Below the pieces are notes generated by a model. It ran no database searches, was not told the DNA's origin, and saw nothing but the letters and a program-made list of their open reading frames with translations. The translations under genes were made by a program, and so were the position numbers. This document shows, piece after piece, positions 25,731 to 38,855 of a stretch of DNA of 64,000 bases; position 1 is the first letter of the stretch; each line of letters opens with the position of its first letter. Origin of the DNA: Hydrolagus colliei. Lineage: Eukaryota. The stretch lies in NCBI GenBank assembly GCA_035084275.1, contig CM068743.1:98580001-98644000 (forward strand), written 5' to 3'.

Positions 25731-26714
25731 CATAGGGAATATTCCATACTGACAGAATGTCTCAAAGTATTTTACATTGAGAACACAGTCAAAGAGATAG
25801 GTTTTATGCCAGGATTTGAAAGCAGTGAGAGAACATATGAATCACAGGTATTTTGCATGAGTAAATGACTCAAGACTTGCCCACCAATTGTGTGACAGAG
25901 TGAGCAGAGGACATGAGAATGCAAGCATTGGTGGAGGGAGTGGCTGGATAGTAGATTGCAGGATGTCATGGAGGAGAATACAAGGCACTTTCCAACTCAG
26001 CACTGTATTATCAGTATCAGTAAAATATGGAACATAATCTGGTTTGGGGAATTAGCGCTGAGGTCATTTCATGTGTGTTGCATGAAGTTTCCACTGACAT
26101 TCCTTCCTGTGAGCTATGAGTGAACCAGAAGTGTGGCTAGTTTTATTTCCTTTATAACATAAAGGAAATGTTATAAAGAGATCCAAACATGTTTGACGAG
26201 CTGACCAGCTCTTCCAGTTCTTATGAAGATTTTCTTATTCCATGTGCCTTCACCAATAAAAATGGCAGAAATTCAACACTGCTATTGATGAAAGAAGGCA
26301 AATACAATCCTTCTGTTGCTTTGTGCACTACTCGTTTGTTGCAGGACCACATGTTTATGTGACAATGTTATTTAATGACACAATAAATAATACAATATTT
26401 TCCAATGATACATACCTCAAGTTTGGGGGAATTGAACATATTAAAATTTCATCTATGAGTGACCACCCATAATTACCAGATTTTTTTATGGGAGCACAAA
26501 GAAATTCCTCTTCTTTAGACCATCTCAAACAGATGTTGTAAAGAAATGAACAGATTAATCAATTATATGTAGTCTGGAAGTGACATATCTCCAATTCATC
26601 TTTACTTTAATTATGATGGAAATTCTAGGTGATAAAACTTGAAAATTATTTACCTAAGGTGCCTTTACATTTTTTCTGTAGTCTGCCCATAAAATGTGTA
26701 TTTGTATTATTATT

Positions 26715-27062
26715 AATAATAACAATAATAATAATATCCCTTGCATTTGATATAACTTGTGTCACTCCAAGGGGTTGTCTGAAAGCACTTGCAGGATTTA
26801 CAACAACAACAACTTTGATTTATTTAGCCCCCTCCACGCTGGACAGAGTCTCAGAGCGCTTGTGACTTTTATATAATAATAGTAATTCTTCCACTTGATA
26901 TAGCACTTTTCACGTCTTCTAGATGTCTCAAAGTGCTTCACAGAATATACAGTAAAGTGAATTGGCTGTATATTTGTAGGCTAAATGCAGCAGCCAATTG
27001 CGCACAAACTGTCATGGATTGAAATGACCAATTTATTATTGATTTTTTGAGAGATTATTATT
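26715..27062 (-). mobile_element. Stack of three antisense SINE/L2 tails and a SINE 3' part
   Basis: Tails begin at ~26720, ~26800 and ~26875. Confidence 0.8.
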
Positions 27063-27089
27063 ACATATTTTACAATGAAAAAGAGAGGA

Positions 27090-27285
27090 AATTAAAGACT
27101 GGAAGGCAAAGGTTGATTAGAATAAAGCTTCCCCTGCCTGTTGACTCTAAGCTAAATTTGTTGGGCAGTTTCAATGGAGCTTTACTCTGCATTCAGCATT
27201 CTTTATACTGTCTGCCTTAATTCAGAAAAAAAAAATCCCAGCACTGCATCCTTCATCTTGATGATCATGATATTTACAAAAATAA
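27090..27285 (+). mobile_element. LF-SINE-related ancient SINE 3' fragment
   Basis: ttgttgggcagt...ggagctttactctg...cccagcactg.atccttcatcttgatga resembles the LF-SINE-like 3' region as I recall it. Confidence 0.45.
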
Positions 27286-29137
27286 GTCTTTTTTAAAAAG
27301 TATTATTATTATTATCCCCCAACATTGGATTAATAGGAAGATTCAATGTTGCATGCCATTAAGTTTAAGAAAATCACCAAATAGATTTTAAAGGAGATAA
27401 TAATTTCTGTATGAAGAGGATGTTTGAAAGGTCACCCACAAAATATGCTTCACAATATAACTCACACCTGTGTGACATCTCGATGGCTTGAGAAGGCACT
27501 ATATCAAATCCAGAGATTATTATTACTTTCTGGCACAAGCCATAGTTAAAACAGATTCTATAGATTAATTTGAAAAGAGAATCATATAAATGTTTCAAAA
27601 TAACAGAAACAACAAAAGTACATTCGTGAAAAAAAAATATTAAAGGGTGATTTGAAGAATGAGATGAAATTGGTTCATATGAAAAAAAAAACATTGGTCC
27701 AAACTTGATGGGCTGAATGGCTTGTTTTTTTGCTGAAACAACAACAAATTGTATTCATTTGTGTAGGATAATGCCTCAGAGCACTTCACAATGGCCGCTT
27801 GGACACCAAACTAACAAATGGGAGGAACGGAAAATCATAACATTTCTATGTCTCTAATTCCACTTTGATAGTTATTACTATACTATGAATTTCACAGAAA
27901 ACCTATATTACAAATGTTTCTTGAGTGAAACGAACAGAAATTATAAATTCTGTTCAGTTGAATTCATTGTTTAGTTGTGTTAAAGTTAATGGTCTTAAAA
28001 TGAGAAAATAGAGTTCCATATTAAAGATGAATATAAGAAACATGATTAATCTTAACTTTCAGCACAATGAGATATTGAAACATTTCAGGCCTATATTTCG
28101 CACTAGAATCCATGAGAAGAAATGAAATGTCATCTTCATTTTCTGCAGTAGAATCAGTTTAAACTGCTTTCAATGGTTTGAAGCATTTCAAGATGTAAGA
28201 CGACAAAAGCACAAAGACAAACATAAGCTGTTCCCTGATTTCTGTTCGTGGGAGGTGCTATAAAATGCTCACTTTGGTCAGTCTGGCATCTGCTATCGCA
28301 TGGAGTGCTTTACTGTAATGTGAGACTGTATTATCATTGCATATTAAACTTTGTAATGTTAGAAATGCAATTACAGAACAATTAAAACAACAAGAATAAT
28401 TGCAATGATAGTATCTGTTTCATCAGTTATTTCCAAGGAAACTGCTGGGAGTTGTTTCCTGTTTAAGTTAATGATCAGATTCTGTGTTCAAAAGCTACTT
28501 ACAGTGACAGCATTAGAGTTTATCAGTTTTCATAACTCTGCATGGCCTGGGGCTCATTTCAAATAAAATTGCTAGTCTAAGTACCAGAGGGAAGTGCAGA
28601 GAGTATTTTGATGCTTTATATTGGAACATTCATTGAGAGTAATAAATATTGTTGACAGTTCCATGCTGGCAATAATATTGAAGGACATTGACTGTGATAG
28701 AACTGAGCTTTACAGTCCTTTTTATTTAAAGTTGTCAAAATCATACCAAATTAAGGTATTGCCTTGAAATTTCTGACATTGCATAATTAATTCCTTAGTG
28801 ATTACTAACTGAAGGAATGTGATGTGCCTTGGGATGTCCTCCCGACGTGAAAGGCGCTATACAAATGTAAGTTTGTTGTTGTAGTTATCACCAGTATAAC
28901 TTGCCTGTCGCAGAAGTACGTTCCCTACCCCTGGATTTGGCAAAATAATAATCTTTATAATAATACACCTCTGAATTTTTTTATAGACCCTGATCATGTC
29001 TTTAAGATATCTCAAAGCATTTCATAGGATTCACAAAAACAGCCGTGAAGTGAATGATCCTATTTTTTGTTGGGAACAGGAGTGGGTATTGTTGGCAAGA
29101 ATATCAAAAGAAACTGTGTTCTCTTTTTGAGAAGAGC

Positions 29138-29432
29138 CAAGAGATTTTGTAGCACAGGTTAGAGCTCACATGTGAGAGATCTGGGTTTGATTCTTGGCAG
29201 GGCAAAGGATTGGGCAAGTTTCCTGATGCCTGCGAATAATTGCTCAAGAAAACCCCCCAATAATAAATGGTCACTTCAATCCACAACTGTTTGTGGAACA
29301 GTGCTATGTGCAATTGCCCACAAATGTACAGTCAACTCCCTTTATAATATATTCGGTGAAGCGCTTTGAGACATCTGGAAGATGTGAAAAGTGCTATATC
29401 AAATGTAAGGATGATTATTATTATTATAATTA
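29138..29432 (+). mobile_element. tRNA-head SINE, degraded full-length copy
   Basis: Head, body and (tta)n tail. Confidence 0.8.
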
Positions 29433-29659
29433 TTATCTTTGAGGTCCACTGGAACAAGCAGCATGAGGATTCAGATTAATGTCTCAACCAAAGGATGGCA
29501 CCACTGACAGTGTTTCACTCTCTTAGTATTGCATTGTAGTGTCAGCCTAGATCAGGATGGTCCAACTGGAAGTCTGTGGGCCGATTTTATCCAGGCCACT
29601 CCATCCATTTCACCTGGCAGACCCGTTCCCTCTATAACTCATACATATTATGTTATGTT

Positions 29660-30670
29660 TCTGGAAGTGAAACACAAAAATATTGCCTCTGTGGCCCAAG
29701 GACATTTTTCAAATAGGGCTTCCATCCCTTGGCAGACTTCTTCACAGCTATTGCTGTTCCCTGACGCAAGCAATAACTGCATACTACTGTAACATCATTC
29801 TGGAGGCCAAAAATAATTCCCAAATCCTATTCTCCATTGCCCACGATCTCCTCCATGCCCTTCAAGCTCCTTCAATCATCATATCCAAAGCCAACTGCAA
29901 CATTTGCCTGGTGGCTTCATCTTTCTGCCCCATGTCGCCCACCCTCATTCCATTTCCCTCACCCAGCCCGCCCTCAGCTCCTACCATGGCCCCCATTCAT
30001 TCACCCCATCTCTCCTTCCTCCCTCTCATCCACCATCATCACAATGAAACCCACCACGGGCTGCCATGATGACCATCCCACACAACTGCTGATCACCCAG
30101 TTCCCCCTCGTCTGCCCACTGCTGGCAGGCAATGTTAACCAGTCCCTCTCGTCACAATTACTTCCACTCCAAACTGGCATCATGATTCCCCTACTCAAAA
30201 ATCCTACCATTAACCCCTCCAACCTTGGTCACTACCACCAGATCTCCAACCTGCCCTTCCTTGCAAAATCTCTGAAACTCGTTATTGCCAATCAACTTTG
30301 TGCACACCTCTCCCTCCACACCCTACTCAAACCCCTCCAGTCTGACTTCCACCATGCCCACAGTACAGAGACAGCAGTAGTGAAACTCACAAACAATGTC
30401 CTCTCCATCTGCTCTATCTGCCTCCTTGTCATATTGGATCTCGCCGCATTCAAAACAGTCGATCAAGCCACCCTCCTCCATTGCCTGTTCTCCATCATAC
30501 ACCTCAGTGGGACCCCTCTTGCTTCGTTTGAGTCCTACCTTACAAACCACCAGCGTTACATTTCTGCAAATGGTTTTTCTTCTTGTTTCTGCCCTGTCAC
30601 TTGCAGAATCTATCCTTGGCCCCCTTCTCTTTCTCATCTACATGCTCCCGCTTGGTGATGCGGTTATCTT
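29660..30670 (+). mobile_element. L2 LINE reverse-transcriptase fragment (pseudogenic)
   Basis: ORF 29837-30658 has PLLKNP...YHQISNLPFLAKSL...QSDFHHAHSTETAV...ILDLAAFKTVD; SILGPLLFLIYMLPLG follows in a shifted frame. Confidence 0.9.
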
Positions 30671-30987
30671 ACTCCTGTCTTTGTGAAAATATTTTATTAT
30701 AAAACATCTTCCCATCTACCCAGGCCTGTTTTGTCTTCCTTCTCACTTACCCCATGACTTCCCATTCTTGAGAAGGGAAAGAGTAGCTATATTGATGTCT
30801 TTAACTGAACATGTTTTTTGTTCTCTGTCTATCACACTTATCTGTCTTCTACAAATGGTGCCAACCTGGGTACATTCAGTTCTGTTTTACAGACAGGGCT
30901 GGTTTTTGCAACTCTGCACCTTCTCAGTTTTATACCTAAATTTCTAATGTTATACTACTTATTATACACATTGATTTACTTATTAAT

Positions 30988-31269
30988 GGAGTCCTGTAGC
31001 TCTGTGGTTAGAGCACTCGACTTACAAGCATGAAACTTGTGTTTGAATCCAGGCAGGTCAGGGCAAAACCATGGGCAAGTTTCCTTATTCCACATGCCTG
31101 ATAATAAACCCTCCAAAACAAAACAATAATTAAATTGTTAATTTTCAATCCATGACTGTTTGTGGGACATTGCTGTGCACAATTGGCTGCCATGTTTCGC
31201 CCACAAGTATGCAGTCAATTCACTTTACAATAAATTGTGTGAAGCGCTTTGAGACATGCCGAAGACGTC
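30988..31269 (+). mobile_element. tRNA-head SINE, tail truncated
   Basis: ggagtcctgtagctctgtggttagagc ... gaagcgctttgagac. Confidence 0.88.
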
Positions 31270-33420
31270 CAGATCCTGGGGGCTAACCTCTACTCCCTCA
31301 CCCACATTCCCACCCACCCTGCCAATCCTCCCACCAAACTTCCCGTCTCATACATTCCTCTGCCAACAGTCTCCTCCGCATCAGCCTACAAAATGTTCAC
31401 TTCCTTTCTAACAAGGTCTCACCATCAAAAACATCATCCTTAATGAAAATATTGATATGCTGACCCTCACTGGAATCTGGATAACCCCAGGTGACACCTT
31501 TCTCATTGAAGCCATATCACCTGGCTATACCTTCCACCATACCCCAAGCGTTAACTGACATGGCAGTGGTGTGGCCCTCATCTCCACAATGCTATGTGTG
31601 CTCTATCCTCCTCTTCTTCTGGCTCATTTCCCCCCTCCGAGCACCTTACCCTCTATCATCCCTCCAATCCTTTCCTGAAAATCTCCTGATTTATGGCTCC
31701 ACCCCTCCACCCCAAACTCTTACCCACCTTTATCCCTGACTTCTAGCTTCTCTCTGCCTCTGTTCTGAATGCTTTTCTCTCACTCCATATCCAACTCTGC
31801 TGCTCATCTTCACAGCCACTCAATCTGGTAATTACCCGGGGCCTTGGTGTTGCAGACCTCACATCGCCATTTTATCTCCCCTAACTTCCCAATTCCTCTC
31901 CCCACTACCAACTAACACACCTCCATCTCTTACCACTACTGGAAAGGTATCTCCCCACACATTCTCTACCGCGCCCTGGAGTTGTCTGAACTCCTCCCCG
32001 TCTGGCTGACCTCCTGTACTAATACCGTCCTCACTCGCTCTCCTTCAAAACTATCTCCTCACCATTCTTGATGCCCTTGCCTCCCTTACCTCATAAATAA
32101 ATAATCCTTGCATTTATATGTCGCTTTCTACGTCTTATCGACGTCTCAAAGCGCTCATGAACCACTTTGTACTCAAAACCCTCACCCTGGTACATGAGCC
32201 ACAGCCACTCATTCAAAGACCAGGTGCATGCTACCAAACACACTTGGCTCAAATCTGATTTAACAGTCCACTGGTTGATCTGGCTAGACCACATAAAAAT
32301 GTACTTGTATGCTTTTGCCTCTGATAAATCATCCTTCTATTCCAAGTTAATCATGGAGGACAATGATAACCCCAGGCTTCTCTTCTCCATCACCAACCAT
32401 CTCCTCCATCCACCCTCTCACACCTTGCACATTCTCTCCTCTAACTCCAATTGTGAGGAGATGCTGGGTTTCCTTGAGAACAAAATCGAAAGAATATGTT
32501 CAGCTGCCTCTACCCTCCCAACCATCACTTCCTCCCCATCTCTCCCTCACACTTGACCCCCACCCATCTCTCCCTTCACACGTTTGAACCTATCTCCCCC
32601 TCCTTTCTCACCACCCCTATAACCCACATAAAATCCACCACCTGCTCCCTCAACTCCATCCCTACTGCTCTTCTTACCTCTCAGCTCCACTTCTTCACCA
32701 CTTTATTCTCAGACCTTGTAAACCTTTCACAGTCAACTGGCACTGTTCCTATCCACTAAAAACAGCTGTCATTACTACTATCTTAAAATAACCTTCCCTG
32801 GATACAGCCAACTCACCAATTACTACCTTGTCTCCAACCTCCCTGAAAGAATTGTTGCTTCCCAGCTCTTATCGGACTTCTATGCTACCCAAAGCATGGA
32901 AGCAGCCCTGTACCAGGTATGAAATGACATTCTGTCCAACTGTGACCAGATCTGCCTCTGTCTCCTCATCATCCTCGACCATTCTGTTGCCTTTGTCACT
33001 GTGAACCACTCTATCCTCCTTCACCGCCTCTCCTTTCACCTTTACCTTCAAGATTCAGTCCTTGAATATCCATATCCTATTTCTCACACAAGCTCCACAT
33101 TGTCTCCACAAATGGTTTCTTCTCCAGCTCCCACACCTTCTCTTTCTCTCTGGCCTGCTCCGTATCCTCCACCCAGCCTGCCCCACCATCAGCAATCGGA
33201 CCTTCAGCCTATCTGGCATCACCCTTTGGACCTACATCCCATATTCCCTTCAACTTGCTCCTTCCTCCACCCTCCTTCAAGACTCTCCTCTTCAACTATG
33301 CCCTTGGCCACTCTCCTACAGTCCACCCTCTCTGATCTCAATCTCCTGCTCGGGATCTAATCCCTAATGCCTTGGAATGTCCTCCTAACATGAAGGGCAC
33401 TTTACAAATGTAATTTTACG
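31270..33420 (+). mobile_element. Long degraded L2 (endonuclease to 3' tail, with internal deletions), containing a SINE tail at ~32095-32160
   Basis: EN-like DMLTLTGIWITPGD; KPSPWY; NPRLLFSITNHLL; STTCSLNSIPT; RT remnants; tail aagggcactttacaaatgtaa. Confidence 0.8.
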
Positions 33421-34344
33421 TTATATTGTATGTTTCAATTATATTGGAGAGATAGATTTGCAGGATCAAACATTTTTACGGCAACTCACCTCCAAGAAAA
33501 ATGGAAGTAATGTTCTCAATAATACATTCAATAATGTAAATGCCAGTTAACGATTTATATTCTAGGTGACAAATTTAAATGCCAATGCGTGATCAAGTAC
33601 TGTTGGAGTTTATCCAACCCAGTTTTATTCAGTTAACCTCTCGCAGTACCCCAAGCAAAGATTGGCTCTTGCCAACCTGGGTGTGTGTGTTGCTCTGAGG
33701 ATGAAGGAAACTGTTAACACATATGTAGAATTCTCTCTCTGGTTTGGATACTCTTAATCATGGCAACACGTTGGGTTTCTGTGTCTGTCCGAAACTCATC
33801 TAATAGAAAATAAATGCCGATGGACTAAAAACACCAATGAAGCCTATTATTTGAAACAGGGAAAGCAGATCCAATTAACTAAAGTCTTATCTCATCTACG
33901 AAATAGGAGGTTGATATACTCCATCTGAATAATAAATCACATTGAACTGAAGCTTTATTATGCCACAGACTGAACCAAATAACATTCAATTTATTTTTTA
34001 AATGGCAGATTTAACAATACAGAATGACTATGAATCCCTCAGCTGATGCTCATGGAGGCATCCTGCAATAACACTGAACTGCTGCTTTGTGTTGGGAACA
34101 AACCTTTGTATCTCATTATGGTATTTGGAAATAGGATAGAAGTAGTGCCTTATCAGGTATATTATTTTGAATGGGAGTACAGTACAAATAAGGAATATGC
34201 ATGAGTGGATAAATGTAGATGAAAAAATATTTTTGTTGTTGCTAGTGGCACAAGTTAAGAACAAAGACCTAATGTACGGTATATGTTTGCATAGATTAAT
34301 TGGAATCACATTTTATGTATATTAGACTTCTCAATATTTTGACA

Positions 34345-34510
34345 TACAACAACAACAACAACAACTTCAATTTATCCAGCGAGGGTGGAGCGGAGGATTC
34401 GGGGGACATGGAGGAGGCCAGACCCAGAGGAGCGAAGGCAGCGGGTGCTGGGTTGGGGGGAGAGGAGATCAGAGAGGTAGGGGGGTGCAGAGGAGTGGAG
34501 AGATTTGAAA
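34345..34510 (-). mobile_element. L2 3' fragment
   Basis: (caa)n plus minus frame FKSLHSSAPPYLSDLLSP. Confidence 0.8.
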
Positions 34511-34814
34511 AACATAGGATTGACATAGGATTGACATAGGATACTACTGCCTATACTCATTGCGGTTTTAAATGTGCTTTGATCTGCAATCATACTAAAT
34601 ATGAGCTCTCACGATTGGATTCTTGTTAGCTCCATTTTGAGTAGGTGACTTAGTGGAGGTTCTACCGTAATATAAACAAGCAGTCACTATGACACTCCTA
34701 AAATTTTTTTTTAGTGTTTATCAACTCATTTGTCATGACTAATATTCAGTTGCCTTCAAGAACAATATGTCCTTATAGACATGATTTGTCCGCATTTTAT
34801 GAGACTAATCTCAC

Positions 34815-35270
34815 AATCGACCCAGCCCTTTGAGGCTGCCTTGATAGTCCAGTTGCTGAGACAGGCTGATCCACAGTATTCCAGGGCACCGCTGATGACA
34901 GCACAGCTCATTTTCAGAACTTGGAAGGGCAGAGAAGACACTGAGCCAATTGTGCACCATAGTGCCCATAAACAGTTGTGAATTGAATGATCAAATTATG
35001 ATCAACCCCCATTAACTGTGCGAGACACTACCCTTGCTGGTTAGACTCCAGCAGTATCCCAACACACATTCGGGGTTTCCAAGCCTTGGCTTTGGGCAAG
35101 CTGTGCTTAATACTTTCTGGAATTAGGTAATCAGGATGTGTCCCTCCAGAGAGAGAGAGTGTGCATTCCACTCCAATGAATATCTGTGGAATTCCTATGT
35201 ATAGATGCGATGCATGGAAATCTCAGTTTAGTAAATATGGTAATAGATTTCTGCCTGTGTTAGACATAAA
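34815..35270 (+). repeat. Unclassified interspersed repeat, copy E (interrupted by a SINE piece at ~34945-35000)
   Basis: Same two-part arrangement as 18005-18470. Confidence 0.6.
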
Positions 35271-35479
35271 CAAACAAACAAAAACAAACAAACATACAAG
35301 CAAATACATTTAAAAACAATTAACTGCATTTTATCAGCATATTTCTTATCCAAACAATTGCGCACCAAATTTTGAGCATGTGCTCCAATTCATATTTTAT
35401 GAAATGTTCTTTAACAAGTTAAAAAAAAAGCAACGATAAACTGATCAAAGTAAAACTGTGAATGCTACAAAATCTGCAC

Positions 35480-35565
35480 TAAAAACAGAAATACTGGAAA
35501 TGCACACCGTGTTGATTAAATGTTGTAATGTGACACTTCGGTCTGATTCCTCATCAGAACTAGAA
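35480..35565 (-). mobile_element. Degraded Penelope-type terminal repeat
   Basis: aaaacagaaatactggaaat; minus strand reads agttCTGATGAggaatcagaccGAAG, homologous to 63444. Confidence 0.5.
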
Positions 35566-35891
35566 TTGAAAGTTATAAGCTATTCACGTGAAGGAACTAT
35601 TTTTACAAACACCTGGTGCATTTATCTCAAAGAGCATTACTGTTGTTCACAGTACACTGACCAAAATATTTGACAGTTCTGACGTAAAGTTAACAGTGTT
35701 AACATTGAAATTTACAAGAGTCAAATACAGTAAACAAGTCTTAAAATCCTTGTAAAAGGTATGATCGGGTATATGTTCCTTTCAGTAAAACCTTCTTTGA
35801 GCTGATTATAATGTTGTTACCATGCAGAATTACATTTGTATAGCGCCTTTCACCTCAGGAGGACGTCCCAAGGTGCTTGTTAGTCGACTGC

Positions 35892-36166
35892 AATGCGTGC
35901 GCATGTGCACTTATTAAACTTACGAACTTGGGTTCTTACTAATCGGCAAAAAATGCTGTTTTACCGATCATTTTACCGAGTGTGCTGGAATCTTTATTGG
36001 TAAGTATCCATACAATATTCTGTTACTCTTTAGTGTATTATTAACATGGTATGTTTCAAAATAAGTAATTTTTTTGTGTTGGGTTTTCGGCAACTTGCCA
36101 TCCGATTATCCAGCACAGTCAATTAGTCGAACCACTGCAGGGTGCCGGATAAACGGGCTTTTACTG
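35892..36166 (-). mobile_element. Second, truncated copy of the Tc1/mariner-type MITE
   Basis: Reverse complement of ~10163-10435; ends ccggataaacgggcttttactg|TA. Confidence 0.9.
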
Positions 36167-37424
36167 TAATAGTAGTTTTCAGTATACCGTATATCGTATG
36201 AAGTGCTTTGAGACATCTCAACAATGTGATAATATGATGATGGTTCAACTGCTGCCATGCTCTGCTAGCAACAGATTAACTCAAAGCATGTGATTGGCCA
36301 GAAGATTTTGGATTTTTCTGTTGTTTTCTCGAAGTTCCCACAATAGATTTTGTTTTATATTGGATCTCAGTCATTATAAAATAAACTTGTGTTATGTTTT
36401 GACTCTATTTTCTATTGGTAAAAGAGTGTGAATTCTGAAAATTGGGTGTCAGTCTGTACAAAATTACATTGGAGCCTTTCCAAAAAAAGCTGCTTTGAAT
36501 GCATAAATTCCCAACCTGTGCCATATCAAGGAGTGAATGGATTTGGCTGCACAGCTAGCAGGTTCATCGACTGTGTCCACTGATTCACACCCTAAAATAA
36601 AGAAATATCAGACTTTCAGTTCATTTGTTCATGGACAATGGTATGTGTTGGTTGCATCAAAGTTGGGATTTTGTGGTTCCCAAACACTGAGGTCCCACTG
36701 TAAATTCTGATTGAGGACACGTCCACAGCAAAACAGGATGTGATACTAGCCATGACCTAACACAGTGTGAAACAAGCAGGTGGTTATATGCATCGTAGTG
36801 AACCTGCACTTTAACCAAATTAGTACTTTAATTAAGTCCATAATAATAAGACTGCACTGTATATAGAGTGAATATAGTTTAGTATATGTAAGATGGCAGA
36901 TGAGCAATGTTTGCCTATATTGCTGTCGTGAACATTAAATCATATAACATATCACTAACTTGCAAATTGCAGTTCAAAAGTTTGGAGAATAACTTTTATG
37001 TGAACCAAACCTCCACGTCCTGTCATACAAATAGTGACTCACACACAGTCACTCCCTGTCAAACACTGATTATATTATAAGAGGGAAGTGTTGCTAAAGC
37101 TTGTAGAAGTGATAATTGACCTGTGATTACACAACCAAGTAAGTGGAAAACTGTCTCTTCTAACAACATTCAGACACTTTATTGGGCTTGAAGTATTTTC
37201 TCAACTGAAGTAAGTGACATTTTCTTTCATGAATTACACGCTTGGTAAATATACAAAATAACATTGTCAAACACTCTACATTTAACATTGTATTTGTGAT
37301 CCAAACTTAAAGTTTAAATACAGGAACATAAAATATTTTGCAGTCTCCTTTGTTCATCAAATTCAGCAGAGTCTCATAATGGGCAGTATTTTGTGATATT
37401 CTCAAACCAGATTCAATAGATTAA

Positions 37425-38105
37425 TTCAACAACAACAACGGCAGCGTCTCGGAGCACTTCACAATGGCGGAGCCTGAGGCCGAGCCAGAGGGAGAAGCAA
37501 GGTGATGGTAAGCGCGTTCGAAGAGAAAGGTCTGAAGGCTTGAAGATGGGAAAGGAGAGGGAGAGATGAAAGGGTTGAGGGAAGGAGTTCTAAAGTTTGG
37601 GGGGCATATTGGCTGAAAGCATGGCCACAGATTGGAGAGCGGAGGATTTGGGGTCAAAGAGCATGCCGGACCCAATAGAGTGGAGGGAGCGGTAGGTGGT
37701 AAGTGGGTGCAGAGTAGTGGAGGAATTTAAACACAAGGATCTTGAAGCTGATTTGCTCTGTGGCAAGGAGCCAATGCAGTTTGGCGAAGACTGGGGTAAT
37801 CGAGATACGTTGTGGTGCTGGTGAGAATGTGGCGGTGGAGTTTTGGATGAGCTGAATTTTGTGGATGGTGGAGGAGGAGAGACCAGCGAGGAGGGCATTA
37901 GAGTAATCCAGCTGAGAGGTGATAAAGGCATGGACCAGAGTTTCGCCAATTGTTGGGGTAAGGTATTGGTGGAGACGGGCAGTGTGGCAGAGATAGAAAA
38001 AAGGGGTGATGGTGAGGGACTGGATGTGGGGGAGAAAGGATAACTGGGGATCAAAGCTGATGCCTAATTTGCACACAGGTTCAGAAAGCTTTAAGGATAG
38101 GCTAG
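37425..38105 (-). mobile_element. L2 LINE 3' fragment
   Basis: ORF 37654-38076 LGISFDPQLSFLPHI...ETLVHAFITSQLDYSNALLAGL...IQLIQNS. Confidence 0.9.
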
Positions 38106-38719
38106 GTTCAGACTAATAGCTTGTCTAATTTGCAGTATTTGCAAAGTGGTTAGTCACTGTTCTCTAAATCAGGCAAAGTGCAAGAAAATGCTAGAGAGCA
38201 CAAATCACACTGTTTTTTACCCCTCTCTGTTCAATATTGGAGGTGCCATCTATCGGGTGAGAAGTTAAACTGAGATCACATCTGCCTGATAAGATGGATG
38301 TTGAAACATAAATGACAAAATTTGGCAAGATATGTACGTTTCTCACCATATCCTGAACAACAATCCTCCTTATCATCATAACAATCTTATCATAATTTAT
38401 GGGACTTTGGTTGTCGTATTTACTTAAAAATACAATTGCTGCACACAACAGTAATTATATGGAAAGCACATTGAATTGTTTGAATACAACAAGGTTCTAC
38501 ATTAATGTAATTTTTTCTTCTTTCTTTTTCATGTACAAAATAAGCACTGACAAAGATACGCTAGCATTAATGGACTGTAAATGTGTGCATATGAAAGTCA
38601 TAGTGACCGGTTGTTCAGCTCCCTGGAAACATTGAGCAATTACCTCACTCAATTGCTGCTGGTACCTGCTGAGCTACATGTACTTGGATGCTGGGCAATT
38701 CAATGCTTCAATTACCTGC

Positions 38720-38855
38720 AGGTTAAGTTGGAGGGCTATGGTGAGATAGCAGGGAAGTGGGGTTGATCTGGATAGCTCTTTTCAAAGAGCCAGCACAGAC
38801 ATGATGGGTCAAATGGCCTCCTTATGTGCTGTATAATTCTATAATTCTATGATCA
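38720..38855 (+). mobile_element. CR1 3' end
   Basis: gatgggtcaaatggcctcct...(aattctat)n. Confidence 0.8.

Noticed and set aside
34511-34545. Short tandem repeats such as (acataggattg)x3; others at ~20165, ~45330 and ~53812
   Set aside because: Ordinary slippage micro-duplications with no spacers; not CRISPR-like.
36558-36807. Possible MITE with gcaggttca...tgaacctgc ends
   Set aside because: Only a 9-bp inverted match, with no TSD and no second copy.
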